63,199 bases of DNA, taken from positions 1 to 63,199 of the forward strand of contig JACRJU010000001.1 of NCBI GenBank assembly GCA_016219925.1. The letters run 5' to 3'. The notes under the pieces are model-generated. The model searched no databases and had not been told where the DNA came from. It saw nothing but the letters and a program-made list of their open reading frames with translations. Below are positions 16,870-26,592 of the stretch, one piece after another (the first letter of the stretch is position 1; every line of letters begins with the position of its first letter). Both the position numbers and the translations under genes were made by a program. Origin of the DNA: Candidatus Uhrbacteria bacterium. GTDB taxonomy: Bacteria; Patescibacteriota; Patescibacteriia; UBA9934; GWF2-40-263.

Positions 16870-17649
16870 TTATACAGGCAATGGCGTCAAAATCTCCACT
16901 CCCGCTTTGGTCACCGCTATTGTCACCTCGAAGTGCGCGCCAACGGAACGATCCTTCATCACAATGCACCAACCATCCTCCCCGGTTTCCACTTCGTGAC
17001 GGCCGCCAAGTCCAAGCATGGGCTCGAGCGCGAGGCACATGCCATCTTGAATTTCTACGCGGGGGTACTGATCGGAAACAAAATTCGGCACATGCGGAGA
17101 CTCGTGCACGGCATGCCCGACCCCGTGTCCCACCAGCGCGCGCACGATGCCATATCCGTACGGCTTCACAGACGACTCGATCGCCGCGCTGATATCTTTT
17201 ATAGTCCCGCCTACACGTGCCGCCTTCACTCCTTCCAAAAGCGAGGCACGCGTTACCTCCATAAGTTTGGCGTGCTCGGGATCCGCTTTCCCTACCGCAA
17301 CCGTTGTCGCCATGTCGGTGCACAGACCCTTGTACCAGCACCCGATGTCTAAACCAACGATATCGCCCTCTTTGAGAGCGGTGTCTCTGTTCCCAAGACC
17401 GTGCACGATCTCTTCGTTGACGGAGATGCACAGCGTGCTCGGAAACGGCATATCTTCAGGATGCGAACGATAGCCTTTAAAGGAAGGCGTCCCGCCGCCA
17501 TCTAAAATCACCTGCTCCCCGGCCACGTTCACTTGTGCGATTGTTGCACCAACCGTTACGGCATCCATGGCGGCTTTCAGAGCGCGCGAGAGAAGGTGCC
17601 CGCCTTCGCGCATTGCAGAAATTTCGTCTGGTGTTTTGATGAGAGCCAT
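16870..17649 (-). CDS. map: methionine aminopeptidase type I
   Basis: 259 aa with MALIKTPDEISAMREGG, DIVGLDIG and HGVGHAVHE metal-ligand motifs. Lies downstream of adk as in the spc cluster. Confidence 0.92.
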   Translation of the reverse strand: MALIKTPDEISAMREGGHLLSRALKAAMDAVTVGATIAQVNVAGEQVILDGGGTPSFKGYRSHPEDMPFPSTLCISVNEEIVHGLGNRDTALKEGDIVGLDIGCWYKGLCTDMATTVAVGKADPEHAKLMEVTRASLLEGVKAARVGGTIKDISAAIESSVKPYGYGIVRALVGHGVGHAVHESPHVPNFVSDQYPRVEIQDGMCLALEPMLGLGGRHEVETGEDGWCIVMKDRSVGAHFEVTIAVTKAGVEILTPLPV

Positions 17650-17697
17650 AATTCAATAACAATTAAACGCGGGATCCCTCGGTCGCTTGAAACTCCA

Positions 17698-18330
17698 TCA
17701 GGATGACAGTGAGGATACGATCCTTTCGAACACCTCGTTCACATTTCCCTGTCCATCTACTCGGCGCACGATACCTTTCTTCTCATACTGAGCAATCACC
17801 GGCGCGGTGTCTTTTTCATAAATATCCAACCGCCGCGCGATGGCCTCGGGAGTGTCGTCGTCGCGTTGATACCACTGTCCGCCACACGCACAGATATCGC
17901 CGGGCTTGATCCCATCGCTGACACTACCCACTTTATTACAGACCTGACAAGTGAGCCGTCCTCCCAAACGCTTGAGCGATTCCTCGCGCGGAATTTCAAT
18001 GACAACCACATGGGTCGGCGTATCAAAATCAAAAGCGGCGTATTGGGATAAATTACGAGGATAGCCGTCAAGGATGTATCCGTTTTGGGTGTCGGGTTTT
18101 TCGAGTCGTCGCTTCAAGAAAAAAGCCGCGTCGACATCCGAGATAAGTTCTCCGCGCAAAATAATTTGGTTTAACTTTTCGCCGAGTGCGGAGCCAGAAG
18201 CCACCTCTTCGCGAATAAGTTGGCCGCTGCCAAAAAAGGGAATGCTAAATTTTTGAGACAAGCGTTCTGCTTGCGTCCCTTTTCCGCTCCCTTGCGGACC
18301 CATGAGGAGAATTTTGTGTGAATTGGACAT
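17698..18330 (-). CDS. adk: adenylate kinase
   Basis: Starts at MSNSHKILLMGPQGSGKGTQ (P-loop) and has a Zn-lid CQVC...CACG. The ORF extension up to 18567 is a GC-rich read-through artefact. Confidence 0.9.
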   Translation of the reverse strand: MSNSHKILLMGPQGSGKGTQAERLSQKFSIPFFGSGQLIREEVASGSALGEKLNQIILRGELISDVDAAFFLKRRLEKPDTQNGYILDGYPRNLSQYAAFDFDTPTHVVVIEIPREESLKRLGGRLTCQVCNKVGSVSDGIKPGDICACGGQWYQRDDDTPEAIARRLDIYEKDTAPVIAQYEKKGIVRRVDGQGNVNEVFERIVSSLSS

Positions 18331-18364
18331 ACGAGGGCTAGTGTAACAGAAGAAGTACGAAATG

Positions 18365-18386
18365 AAAAAAGAGCCTTGGGAGGCTC
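18365..18386 (-). terminator. intrinsic terminator after the 2OG oxygenase gene
   Basis: Minus strand reads gagcc-tcccaa-ggctc followed by T6, 9 nt after the stop codon. Confidence 0.5.
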
Positions 18387-18394
18387 GGGAGAAG

Positions 18395-19519
18395 TCATGC
18401 GACGCGCAGGCGAGCCATGCGCGCGCGGTACTGCGGTGGAACGCGATCGCCACGCGCAAGCTCCGAGGACGGGAAGAGCTTGATCCGTGCGAGCTCGACG
18501 GACTCGAAGTCGCCGGCGTAGATCGGCGGGTACTGCAGAAGCGTCTGTGCGGTCGCGAAGTGGCCAAGCGGACGCATCACCCAACGGGTGGCGAAATGAA
18601 CGAAGAGGTTGGAGCTGACTCGAATGGGCCGTTCGCCGCGAGCGACGATCGCCGCGGCATCGGCAAGCGCCTCCGGAGTTCCCAGCACCTCGTGCTTGCC
18701 CGCGAAGAAGCGGCCGCCCGTCACCCACTCGAGCGACTTGCCGGCCTGGGCGAGCAGGCACCCGTCTGGAACCTCGACCAGGAACGGTTGTCCATCGAGC
18801 GTCCAGCAAACCAGAGCGCGTATGTTCGTCTGGCCGTGCACGGTGATCGCGTTGAAGTCGTAGTGCAGGCCTGCGAGCACCTGACCAAGCTGAACCGTTG
18901 CGAAGTTGCTCCCGGTCGGCCCCAAGATGTGCGGACCGCCCTCGAGCATCCGAGACAATGTGCAGCGCTTGAGTCCCATGCCGATCGAGATGATCTGCAT
19001 GATGTCGTAGGCGGCCGCGAGCATGCACCCGCCCCATGTGTTGAGCGGGCCCGCGATGTGTGCGAACCGTTCGGGGATCTTGGCGCGGGTGTTGACGTTG
19101 GGCCACGGGGTGTTCGTCGGACGGACCCCGAGCGCCCACATAAACCGCGCCTTGAGGTCAGGGCGACCAGCCACAGTCAACGGACGATGCTCGGAAGGCA
19201 GGGTCGCCACCCACGCGGAGTGATCGAGCGGAAGTTCGGTGCCAGGCGGGGTCATCCCGAACTGGTAGCCGACGTCCTTTCCATCGAGCGCCGCCTGCTC
19301 CTGCGGTGAAGCGCCATGAATACCGATCATGGTGCGCCGGAAGTTCTCCTGAATCCGGGACGTGACGCGCGCGTCCCGCAGGCAGATGACCCCGAGGCGT
19401 GCGAACGCTCCCGTAACCTCGACCAGCTCGCGCTCGGTCATCTGGCCGGCTCGAAACCGATCCAGATCTACGACCGGAATTTCCGGCCGCGTGTATCGCA
19501 GGGGAAAGGGTGTCTCCAT
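18395..19519 (-). CDS. 2-oxoglutarate/Fe(II)-dependent oxygenase (isopenicillin N synthase-like)
   Basis: 374 aa with an HxD...H facial triad (GLHYDFNAITVHG ... FFAGKHEV) and an RxS motif (PIRVSSNLF). Strong SD: GGAGGA then 4 nt then ATG. About 68-70% GC on hand-counted 60-nt samples. Confidence 0.7.
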   Translation of the reverse strand: METPFPLRYTRPEIPVVDLDRFRAGQMTERELVEVTGAFARLGVICLRDARVTSRIQENFRRTMIGIHGASPQEQAALDGKDVGYQFGMTPPGTELPLDHSAWVATLPSEHRPLTVAGRPDLKARFMWALGVRPTNTPWPNVNTRAKIPERFAHIAGPLNTWGGCMLAAAYDIMQIISIGMGLKRCTLSRMLEGGPHILGPTGSNFATVQLGQVLAGLHYDFNAITVHGQTNIRALVCWTLDGQPFLVEVPDGCLLAQAGKSLEWVTGGRFFAGKHEVLGTPEALADAAAIVARGERPIRVSSNLFVHFATRWVMRPLGHFATAQTLLQYPPIYAGDFESVELARIKLFPSSELARGDRVPPQYRARMARLRVA

Positions 19520-19617
19520 TTGGTCCTCCTCTATCCGAGATCAGACTAGCATAATAGGAAGCTCAAAAACAAGACAATCAAAAAACCGGGGACATTCCCG
19601 ATTTTTTTCTTTACTTT

Positions 19618-20877
19618 CTAGATTTCGTATTCGCGCATGGTTAACTGCGCTTCTATTTGCTTCACGCTATCAATCACAACGGCCACGATGATCAAAATGG
19701 ACGTTCCGCCAATCACAAGATTTGGGTTGCCTGTCGCGTGTTGAACCAGAAGTGGCAAAACCGCAATGACAGATAAGAACGTCGCCCCGGCAAGCAAGAG
19801 GCGGTTGGTAATCCACCCCAAGTATTCAGATGTATTTTTCCCAGGACGGATGCCGGGAATAAAGCCTCCTTGCTTTTGAATATTCTCCGCCACTTCATCC
19901 GGATGAAATACCACAGCCGAATAAAAATAGGTGAACAGAAACACGAGCAGGAAGTAAGCGATCCCGTAGATCAGTTGATTCTGGAAAAGCTGGAGAACAA
20001 CCGTTGCGGCGTTTCGCAGAATTTCGGTGCGCGCGTTCAAGAAAAACTGCGCGAGCACGCTTGGAAACAAAATGATTGAGATCGCAAAGATGATCGGGAT
20101 CACCCCGCCCATATTGAGTCGAAGAGGAATATGAGACGCCACCCCACCCGACAACCGCGAGCCTTGCACATGGCGTGCATACTGAACGGGAATATTGCGC
20201 TGGGCCTCATTCATGATGACAATTCCGATGATCGTCACAATCGCCGCAACGACAAACAAGATAAGGGTGATGAGCTGACTTCGATCATACACAACCAGCG
20301 ACTGCGAGAGCGTGGTCGGCAAACCGGCAATGATACCCGCCAAGATCAAAATCGAAATACCGTTCCCAATGTTCTTTTCAGAAATAAGCTCACCAATCCA
20401 CATAAGGAAAATGGTCCCTGCGGTCATGCTCAAGATTGCAAAAAATATCGTCAGGGTCCCTGGATGAAAAAAGGTCCCTTTTTGGGAAAGGAGTAGGATG
20501 AGGCCGTAACCCTGAATGAACGCAAGGGGAACTGTGGCCCAGCGCGTCCACTGATTGAGTTTCTGACGGCCTTGTTCTTCTTTTTGCATCTCTTCCATCG
20601 ATGGGATGATCATGGCCAACAGCTGAAAGATAATGGAAGAGGTGATGTAAGGTGCGACTCCCATGGCCACAATAGAAAAATTCTTAAGTGTTCCACCGGA
20701 GAAAATGTTGAGCAGGCCAAAAAATTGATTGCTTGAAAACAAATCTTTAAGAGAGGAAGCGTCAATGCCTGGAACAGGAATGTGTGCTGTGACGCGAAAG
20801 AGCACGAGCATGAGCAGGACGAACAACAAGCTATTGCGAACCTCCTTAGTATGCCAGATGCGAATGAGCGTGTTCAT
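19618..20877 (-). CDS. secY: preprotein translocase subunit SecY
   Basis: 419 aa polytopic membrane protein downstream of rplO. Confidence 0.95.
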   Translation of the reverse strand: MNTLIRIWHTKEVRNSLLFVLLMLVLFRVTAHIPVPGIDASSLKDLFSSNQFFGLLNIFSGGTLKNFSIVAMGVAPYITSSIIFQLLAMIIPSMEEMQKEEQGRQKLNQWTRWATVPLAFIQGYGLILLLSQKGTFFHPGTLTIFFAILSMTAGTIFLMWIGELISEKNIGNGISILILAGIIAGLPTTLSQSLVVYDRSQLITLILFVVAAIVTIIGIVIMNEAQRNIPVQYARHVQGSRLSGGVASHIPLRLNMGGVIPIIFAISIILFPSVLAQFFLNARTEILRNAATVVLQLFQNQLIYGIAYFLLVFLFTYFYSAVVFHPDEVAENIQKQGGFIPGIRPGKNTSEYLGWITNRLLLAGATFLSVIAVLPLLVQHATGNPNLVIGGTSILIIVAVVIDSVKQIEAQLTMREYEI

Positions 20878-20887
20878 AGAGTCACGA

Positions 20888-21334
20888 TTAGCGTGCGGCG
20901 ATCAATGTTCCACCGGCTTTTTCAATTTTTTGTTTGGCAGACGCGGAGACCTGACATCCTTCAATGGTCAGTGCGATCCCAATCTCCCCTTGACCCAAAA
21001 TTTTCACTCCAGTCGAAATATCGCTCACGAGTTTTTTATTCAAGAGCGCTTTGGGTGTCACTTTGGCGCCACTGGCAAATGTCTTAGCCAAATCGGCCAC
21101 ATTCACCACAACGGCGTGTGCTTTCGGACTGCGGAAGCCGCGCTTCTTTGGCGTAGAAAGCATGATCGGGCGCAAACCTTTCAGTTTGAGACCAGATCGG
21201 CCACCGGATCGCGCGCGTTGTCCTTTCACCCCACGACCGGCGTACGAACCCGTCGAACCCAAACCGCGTCCAACACGTTTTTTTGAACGACGAGCTCCTT
21301 TGGCGGAGTGAAGAGTATGGAGTGACAGAGACAT
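20888..21334 (-). CDS. rplO: 50S ribosomal protein L15
   Basis: Sequence and position; follows rpsE directly with no rpmD. Confidence 0.95.
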   Translation of the reverse strand: MSLSLHTLHSAKGARRSKKRVGRGLGSTGSYAGRGVKGQRARSGGRSGLKLKGLRPIMLSTPKKRGFRSPKAHAVVVNVADLAKTFASGAKVTPKALLNKKLVSDISTGVKILGQGEIGIALTIEGCQVSASAKQKIEKAGGTLIAAR

Positions 21335-21339
21335 AGCAG

Positions 21340-21930
21340 TTATTCTGTGGCTTTAGGCGATTCTTCCGCACCAAGTTGCTTAATGGCCTCAAGGGTTGCA
21401 CGGGCCAAATTAATTTTGTTCGATGAATTGAGAACGCGCGAAACAATGTTCGGCACACCGGCATATTCGAGGACCACACGCACGGCGCCACCTGATTTGA
21501 GACCGGTACCTTTTGGAGCCGGGCGAAGCAAGATCGATGCCGAGCCAAACTTAATCCAAACCGGATGCGCAATCGTTTCGTGAACCATCGGTACGGTTAG
21601 AACATTCTTTTTCGCTTGGCGATACGCTTTCTCAACCGCGATCTGCACGTCAGCGCCCTTCGCGACTCCAAAACCGACACGGCCTTTTTTATCACCAATC
21701 ACCAAGGCACAACGAAAAGACATGCGCTTTCCTCCAGAGGTCACGCGAGTTACGCGCGCCAAATCCAAAATCTTTTGTTCATATTCGCGAACTTGCTGAG
21801 TCTTTCCGCGCGCCCGGCCACGGCCGCCGCCTGAACGACCGCCGTCCCGGCGTTGTCCGCCGCGATCGCCGCGTGAATTTGAACGCGCTGGGCGCTCAGG
21901 AGCTTTGGTTGTGATGGCTTCTTCTGTCAT
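21340..21930 (-). CDS. rpsE: 30S ribosomal protein S5 with an RG-rich N-terminal extension
   Basis: S5 core ILDLARVTRVTSGGKRMSF. Start MTEEAI at 21930 lies 4 nt after the rplR stop; the ORF is open to 22014. Confidence 0.93.
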   Translation of the reverse strand: MTEEAITTKAPERPARSNSRGDRGGQRRDGGRSGGGRGRARGKTQQVREYEQKILDLARVTRVTSGGKRMSFRCALVIGDKKGRVGFGVAKGADVQIAVEKAYRQAKKNVLTVPMVHETIAHPVWIKFGSASILLRPAPKGTGLKSGGAVRVVLEYAGVPNIVSRVLNSSNKINLARATLEAIKQLGAEESPKATE

Positions 21931-21934
21931 ACAT

Positions 21935-22291
21935 TTAGAAAATAAGTCCGCCTTCGCGCGCGCCGTCCGCAAGGGCCGCGACGCGTCCGTGATACCGATA
22001 GGCCCCACGGTCAAAAACGGCTTTGGTCAAACCCGCGCTCTTCGCTTTTTCCGCCAACTGCTTCCCAACCTCTTTGGCGACTTCCACCGGCTTTCCTTTT
22101 GCAGAGACTCCTTTATCAGAAGCGGCGGCAAGCGTACGGCCTTTGTCGTCATCAATAAGTTGCGCGTAGATATGTTTCAAACTACGTTTCACCGTGAGGC
22201 GTGGACAATCGGCCGTGCCATGCAAAAGAGCACGCGTACGATGAGCACGGCGAGCGGCTTGAATGCGCTTGTGTTTGATCTTTGATAACAT
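21935..22291 (-). CDS. rplR: 50S ribosomal protein L18
   Basis: Sequence and conserved spc order. Confidence 0.95.
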   Translation of the reverse strand: MLSKIKHKRIQAARRAHRTRALLHGTADCPRLTVKRSLKHIYAQLIDDDKGRTLAAASDKGVSAKGKPVEVAKEVGKQLAEKAKSAGLTKAVFDRGAYRYHGRVAALADGAREGGLIF

Positions 22292-22294
22292 AGG

Positions 22295-22852
22295 TTACTT
22301 CTCGGCTTTTTGCGCCTTACCGGCCTTGCGACGGACAACCTCACCGGCGTATTTAATCCCTTTGCCCTTGTATGGCTCTGGTTTACGAATTTTACGCAAA
22401 TTGGCGGCAACCTCTCCCAGCAACTGCTTGTCAGCCCCTTTAAGCGTAATGACGTTCCCCTCGACCGATGCTTCTATTCCAGCGGGAACAACGACAGGAA
22501 CGTCATGCGAGAACCCCACATTTAAAAGAAGATCTTTCCCTTGCATATTTGCTCGATATCCAACTCCGTTGATCTCGAGCTGGCGCACGAATCCTTCATG
22601 AACCCCTTTCACCATGTGTTGGATAATGGCCCGAACGGTCCCCCACTGGGCACGTGAAGTCTTGTCTTGTTCATCGGCAACACTCACGTTTACCACCGGT
22701 CCTTCTTCCTCTTGACCCAAAGCCATCGAAACACGTGGCGTGAACGTCTGGGTGAGTTCGCCTTTAGGGCCTTTAACCTTCACGGTGTTCTGCTCGATCG
22801 AGACGGTAACACAGGAAGGGATGAGAATGGGTTTTTTTCCTACACGGGACAT
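22295..22852 (-). CDS. rplF: 50S ribosomal protein L6
   Basis: MSRVGKKPILIP N-terminus and conserved order. Confidence 0.95.
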   Translation of the reverse strand: MSRVGKKPILIPSCVTVSIEQNTVKVKGPKGELTQTFTPRVSMALGQEEEGPVVNVSVADEQDKTSRAQWGTVRAIIQHMVKGVHEGFVRQLEINGVGYRANMQGKDLLLNVGFSHDVPVVVPAGIEASVEGNVITLKGADKQLLGEVAANLRKIRKPEPYKGKGIKYAGEVVRRKAGKAQKAEK

Positions 22853-22862
22853 AAGGGTATCA

Positions 22863-23255
22863 TTAAGAAATTTCGCAGATCACTTCCCCACCGAGACGGC
22901 GCACACGAGCCTCTTTGTTCGTCATGAGACCGTTTGGTGTTGAGATAATCGCAATCCCAATATCAGAAAGGACGCGCGGCAAATCCTCAAACTTCGAATA
23001 CACGCGGCGACCCGGCTTGCTGATACGCTTGATCATGCGAATGCGAGGTTCGCGATTGCGATACTTCAAAACCAGACGAAGCTGTGGAAATTTTCCTTCG
23101 GTCACCTGTTCTGCCTTTTCGATGTATCCTTCCGTCTCAAGTATTTTTGCAATATGAAACTTCACCTGCGAGTAAGGGAGGCTCAGTTCCGTTTTTTTCA
23201 CGGCTTGCGCGTTACGGATACGCGCGAGCATGTCAGAGATTGGATCAGTAATCAT
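22863..23255 (-). CDS. rpsH: 30S ribosomal protein S8
   Basis: MITDPISDMLARIRNA N-terminus. Confidence 0.95.
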   Translation of the reverse strand: MITDPISDMLARIRNAQAVKKTELSLPYSQVKFHIAKILETEGYIEKAEQVTEGKFPQLRLVLKYRNREPRIRMIKRISKPGRRVYSKFEDLPRVLSDIGIAIISTPNGLMTNKEARVRRLGGEVICEIS

Positions 23256-23262
23256 ACATTCT

Positions 23263-23448
23263 TTACCAGCTAGACTTTCTTACCCCTGGGATTTCCCCAC
23301 GGTTGGCCAGTTCGCGAAAGCAGATGCGGCAGAGTCCGAAGACGCGCATGAAGCTTCGATGTCGCCCACAACGCCAACATCGGTTGACGATGCGGGTTGA
23401 AAACTTGGCTTTCTTTTTTGATTTGGCGATTTGGTTTTCGGTTGCCAT
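23263..23448 (-). CDS. rpsZ: 30S ribosomal protein S14 type Z (zinc-binding)
   Basis: 61 aa with CWRCGR...CRICFRE. Confidence 0.95.
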   Translation of the reverse strand: MATENQIAKSKKKAKFSTRIVNRCWRCGRHRSFMRVFGLCRICFRELANRGEIPGVRKSSW

Positions 23449-23453
23449 AGGCC

Positions 23454-23993
23454 TTAAGCTTTTTTGAGAGGAAGTCCAAGAAGGGTTAGAAGCGCACGAG
23501 CTTCATCATCCGTTTTTGCGCTCGTACTGATCGTGACCTGCAAACCGTGCAACAGTTCGATCTCATCGCTCGGGATTTCAGGAAAGGCCATGTGCTCTTT
23601 AAACCCGATCGAATAATTCCCCCGTCCATCAAAGGCCTTCGCGGAAAGTCCGCGAAAGTCGCGGACACGCGGCAAGGTCACATGCAACAGTTTATCGAGA
23701 AACGTCCACATCCGCTTGCCACGTAGTGTCACCTTCATGCCCACAATCATTCCCTCTCTAATTTTGAATGTGGAAATAGATTTGCGCGCCTTGGTTTTCA
23801 CGGGTTGCTGGCCGGAGATACGTGTCAAGGTTTTTTCAGCCGTTTCAAGAAATCGGGCATCCTTTGCCACTTGTCCCAAGCCAATGTTCAGCACAACCGA
23901 AACCACCGTCGGCACCGCATGGACGTTTTTATATCCAAAGCTTTCTTTCAACTTCGGAACGACTTCTTTTTGGTATTGTTCTTTGATACCCAT
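23454..23993 (-). CDS. rplE: 50S ribosomal protein L5
   Basis: Start [15 protein letters not shown] at 23993, 4 nt after the rplX stop; the ORF is open to 24020. Confidence 0.93.
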   Translation of the reverse strand: MGIKEQYQKEVVPKLKESFGYKNVHAVPTVVSVVLNIGLGQVAKDARFLETAEKTLTRISGQQPVKTKARKSISTFKIREGMIVGMKVTLRGKRMWTFLDKLLHVTLPRVRDFRGLSAKAFDGRGNYSIGFKEHMAFPEIPSDEIELLHGLQVTISTSAKTDDEARALLTLLGLPLKKA

Positions 23994-23997
23994 AGGT

Positions 23998-24321
23998 TTA
24001 TTCGATGTCCTCGCTGGCACCCTTTGAACGCAAGACGCGAATCTTTACCGCTTTCCCGTCTTGCTGAATCTTTTTGTATCCCACACGTCCTGTCTTCGCA
24101 CTCTTTGGAGAAACCAGTGTCACATTCGACTGGTGAATCGGAGAGGAAAACTGAATCTTCTGCCCCGGCTGATTGCCTCGAGCTTTCAGATGGCGAGTCA
24201 TGACATTCACGCCTTCGACCACGACACGCTCAAGTTCAGGGAACGTCTGAATGACATTCCCTTCTTTGCCTTTGTCTTTACCCGAGATCACTCGGACCTT
24301 GTCACCAGTTTTGATCTTCAT
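23998..24321 (-). CDS. rplX: 50S ribosomal protein L24
   Basis: MKIKTGDKVRVISGKDKGKEG (KOW motif). Confidence 0.95.
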   Translation of the reverse strand: MKIKTGDKVRVISGKDKGKEGNVIQTFPELERVVVEGVNVMTRHLKARGNQPGQKIQFSSPIHQSNVTLVSPKSAKTGRVGYKKIQQDGKAVKIRVLRSKGASEDIE

Positions 24322-24326
24322 AGACG

Positions 24327-24698
24327 TTAGAGCACTTCAGGTGCAAGAGAAATGATTTTTCCAAAACCCGCTCCACGCAGTTCGCGCGCAATAGGACCAA
24401 AAATACGTGTGCCCTTGGGTTCTTTGGTTTTCTTATCAATAATGACTGCCGCATTTTCGCTAAACCGGACGTACGTTCCATCAGGTCGGCGAATTTCTTT
24501 TCGGGTTCGAACGATGACCGCGGTCACCACGTCGCTCTTTTTCACGGCCGCGTGTGGAACGGCCTCTTTGACCGACGCAACCACAAGATCACCGATCACG
24601 GCATATCGTTTCTTGTATCCACCGAGCACTTGGATGACTTGGAGTTTTTTTGCGCCCGTGTTGTCGGCAACAGCGAGCATCGATCGAAGCTGAACCAT
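24327..24698 (-). CDS. rplN: 50S ribosomal protein L14
   Basis: [19 protein letters not shown]-terminus. Confidence 0.95.
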   Translation of the reverse strand: MVQLRSMLAVADNTGAKKLQVIQVLGGYKKRYAVIGDLVVASVKEAVPHAAVKKSDVVTAVIVRTRKEIRRPDGTYVRFSENAAVIIDKKTKEPKGTRIFGPIARELRGAGFGKIISLAPEVL

Positions 24699-24706
24699 AG
24701 GAGTAA

Positions 24707-24961
24707 TTATGAAGCATTCACAACGCGCCAGCGTTTGGTCTTAGAATAAGGCCGGCATTCTTGAAATGAAACCGTCTCTCCAACATGATGCGCTTTTCCT
24801 TCATCGTGGACATGATACTTTTGGCTACGCACATAGCGCTTACCGTACTTGGGATGCACCACGGTTCGGTCAACGCGAACCACGATGGTCTTTTCCATCT
24901 TGTCGGACACAACGATACCTTTGAAGGTTCGTCGCAGAATTGTGGTTTTTGACGTTGACAT
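24707..24961 (-). CDS. rpsQ: 30S ribosomal protein S17
   Basis: Sequence and conserved order. Confidence 0.93.
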   Translation of the reverse strand: MSTSKTTILRRTFKGIVVSDKMEKTIVVRVDRTVVHPKYGKRYVRSQKYHVHDEGKAHHVGETVSFQECRPYSKTKRWRVVNAS

Positions 24962-24967
24962 AGGAGA

Positions 24968-25153
24968 TTAGGTGGTTGAGGTCAAAAGGGTCTTAATACG
25001 GGCGATGGTCTTTTTGGTTTCACGGATCTCGCGAACCTGTTTGAGCTGACTCGCCGCACATTTGAATTCCAGCTCGCTCAATTGTTTTCGGGCTTCTGTA
25101 AGATCATGAGCCAAACTCTCTTTGGATTTTCCTTTGAGGGTTTTGATATCCAT
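24968..25153 (-). CDS. rpmC: 50S ribosomal protein L29
   Basis: 61 aa helical protein between rplP and rpsQ. Confidence 0.9.
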   Translation of the reverse strand: MDIKTLKGKSKESLAHDLTEARKQLSELEFKCAASQLKQVREIRETKKTIARIKTLLTSTT

Positions 25154-25154
25154 A

Positions 25155-25574
25155 CTATTCCAATTCGCGTGTGATGATCCTAGTTTGAACGGGAAGCTTG
25201 TGTCCGGCCAGTATCAGGGCTCGCCGCGCTAGTTCTTCCGTTGTTCCAGCCATTTCAAACATCACAGTTCCTGGACGAACAATAGCCACGTAATGATCCA
25301 CCGCCCCTTTTCCTTTTCCCATTGGCATTTCAGAACCTTTGGCTGTGACGGGTTTGTCCGGAAAAATACGGATCCAAATTTTTCCGCCGCGTTTGATGGC
25401 ACGCGTCATGGCGCGACGAGCGGCTTCAATTTGTCGAGAAGTCACCCAGGCCCCCGTGGTCGCTTTCAGACCAACCGAACCAAACGCCACCGTCGTCTTG
25501 GTTGTTGCGACACGCTTATTTCGAGCACGGCCTTTGTGCCACTTGCGATGTTTAACTTTCTTTGGAATCAACAT
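25155..25574 (-). CDS. rplP: 50S ribosomal protein L16
   Basis: [17 protein letters not shown]-terminus. Confidence 0.95.
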   Translation of the reverse strand: MLIPKKVKHRKWHKGRARNKRVATTKTTVAFGSVGLKATTGAWVTSRQIEAARRAMTRAIKRGGKIWIRIFPDKPVTAKGSEMPMGKGKGAVDHYVAIVRPGTVMFEMAGTTEELARRALILAGHKLPVQTRIITRELE

Positions 25575-25579
25575 ACGGT

Positions 25580-26233
25580 TTATGACTCACGCTCTGCGAA
25601 AACTTCGCCGCGATTAATCCAGACTTTTACGCCGATGGCTCCCCAAATGGTCCGAGCGGCGACGGAAGCAAAGTCGATGTCGGATCGCAGGGTGTGAAGA
25701 GGCGTTTTGCCTTGAGCGATAGCTTCCTTTCGAGCGATATCGGCTCCATTGAGTCGTCCACTCACGCGCACTTTCACTCCAAGAGCTCCAGCTTTCATCG
25801 CGCGCTCGATAGCCCCCTTCATCACACGACGAAACGGCATACGCTTTTCAATATCTGCCGCGATCTGTTGAGCAATCACGCTCGCGCTCAAAGAAGGGTG
25901 CTGAAGTTCTTTCACGTTGATGTTGATGTTCACGCGCTTGCCGCGGAAAAACTCTTGTTTTAATTTCTTCACCAACTCCTCGATACCGGCGCCTGCGCGT
26001 CCAATCACAATACCGGGCTTGGCGGCATGGATCCAAATTTTCAAATCCTGGCGAGAGCGCTCAACTTCGATGCGGTCAACCTGCGCCTCTTTGAGCGTTT
26101 TCAAAAGAAAAGCGCGAATGCGAACGTCTTCACGCAAAAGCGTGCGATACAATTTGTTGTTCGCAAACCACGCGCCGTCCCAACCGCGCGTGATGCCAAT
26201 ACGGAATCCTCGTGGATGTACCTTGTTTCCCAT
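25580..26233 (-). CDS. rpsC: 30S ribosomal protein S3
   Basis: [15 protein letters not shown]-terminus and a KH domain. Confidence 0.95.
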   Translation of the reverse strand: MGNKVHPRGFRIGITRGWDGAWFANNKLYRTLLREDVRIRAFLLKTLKEAQVDRIEVERSRQDLKIWIHAAKPGIVIGRAGAGIEELVKKLKQEFFRGKRVNININVKELQHPSLSASVIAQQIAADIEKRMPFRRVMKGAIERAMKAGALGVKVRVSGRLNGADIARKEAIAQGKTPLHTLRSDIDFASVAARTIWGAIGVKVWINRGEVFAERES

Positions 26234-26238
26234 AGATC

Positions 26239-26589
26239 TTATGTAGTTTTTCGAGTAGCTTTTTCTCCAAGAACAATCGCAATGTGCGTTGTGCGCTTGC
26301 GAATCGGCGTCGCGCGTCCTTGGGCACGAGGCATGACGCGATGGATAATCGGTCCGCCATCAGCCGTGATGGATTTCACAAACAGTGTGGACACATCAAG
26401 CTTGAAGTTATGTGAAGCATTCGCGGCCGCGGAATTTAACAGTTTCAAAACCGGAAGGGCCGCGGCCTTTTTCATAAAGCGCAATTGCGTCTGCGCATCC
26501 GCCACACACTTCCCGCGAATCACGTCAATGACGAGACGAACTTTCTGCGGAGACATGTGGATGTGTTTTGCTGTAGCTTTGACGTCCAT
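26239..26589 (-). CDS. rplV: 50S ribosomal protein L22
   Basis: HIHMSPQKVRLVIDVIRG. Confidence 0.95.
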   Translation of the reverse strand: MDVKATAKHIHMSPQKVRLVIDVIRGKCVADAQTQLRFMKKAAALPVLKLLNSAAANASHNFKLDVSTLFVKSITADGGPIIHRVMPRAQGRATPIRKRTTHIAIVLGEKATRKTT

Positions 26590-26592
26590 ACG

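Noticed and set aside
16865-17431. 188-aa and 195-aa ORFs overlapping map
   Set aside because: They are alternative or antisense frames of the well-supported methionine aminopeptidase gene.
18331-18567. 79-aa N-terminal extension of the adk ORF
   Set aside because: The extension is Ser/Arg-rich read-through into the GC-rich insert. Adenylate kinase homology starts at MSNSHKILLMGPQGSGKGT (18330).
18171-19309. Two ORFs longer than 300 aa (18171-19139 minus, 18362-19309 plus) overlapping the oxygenase gene
   Set aside because: They are Arg/Ala/Pro-rich shadow frames typical of 65-70% GC DNA. The 18395-19519 frame has the recognisable HxD...H / RxS oxygenase motifs and a strong SD.
19520-19617. 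Terminator after secY and a promoter for the oxygenase gene
   Set aside because: The hairpin (cgggg-acat-tcccg) has only 4-5 bp. The best -35/-10 pair (TTGATT / TATTAT) has a 19-nt spacer. The region is suggestive of independent expression but too weak to annotate.
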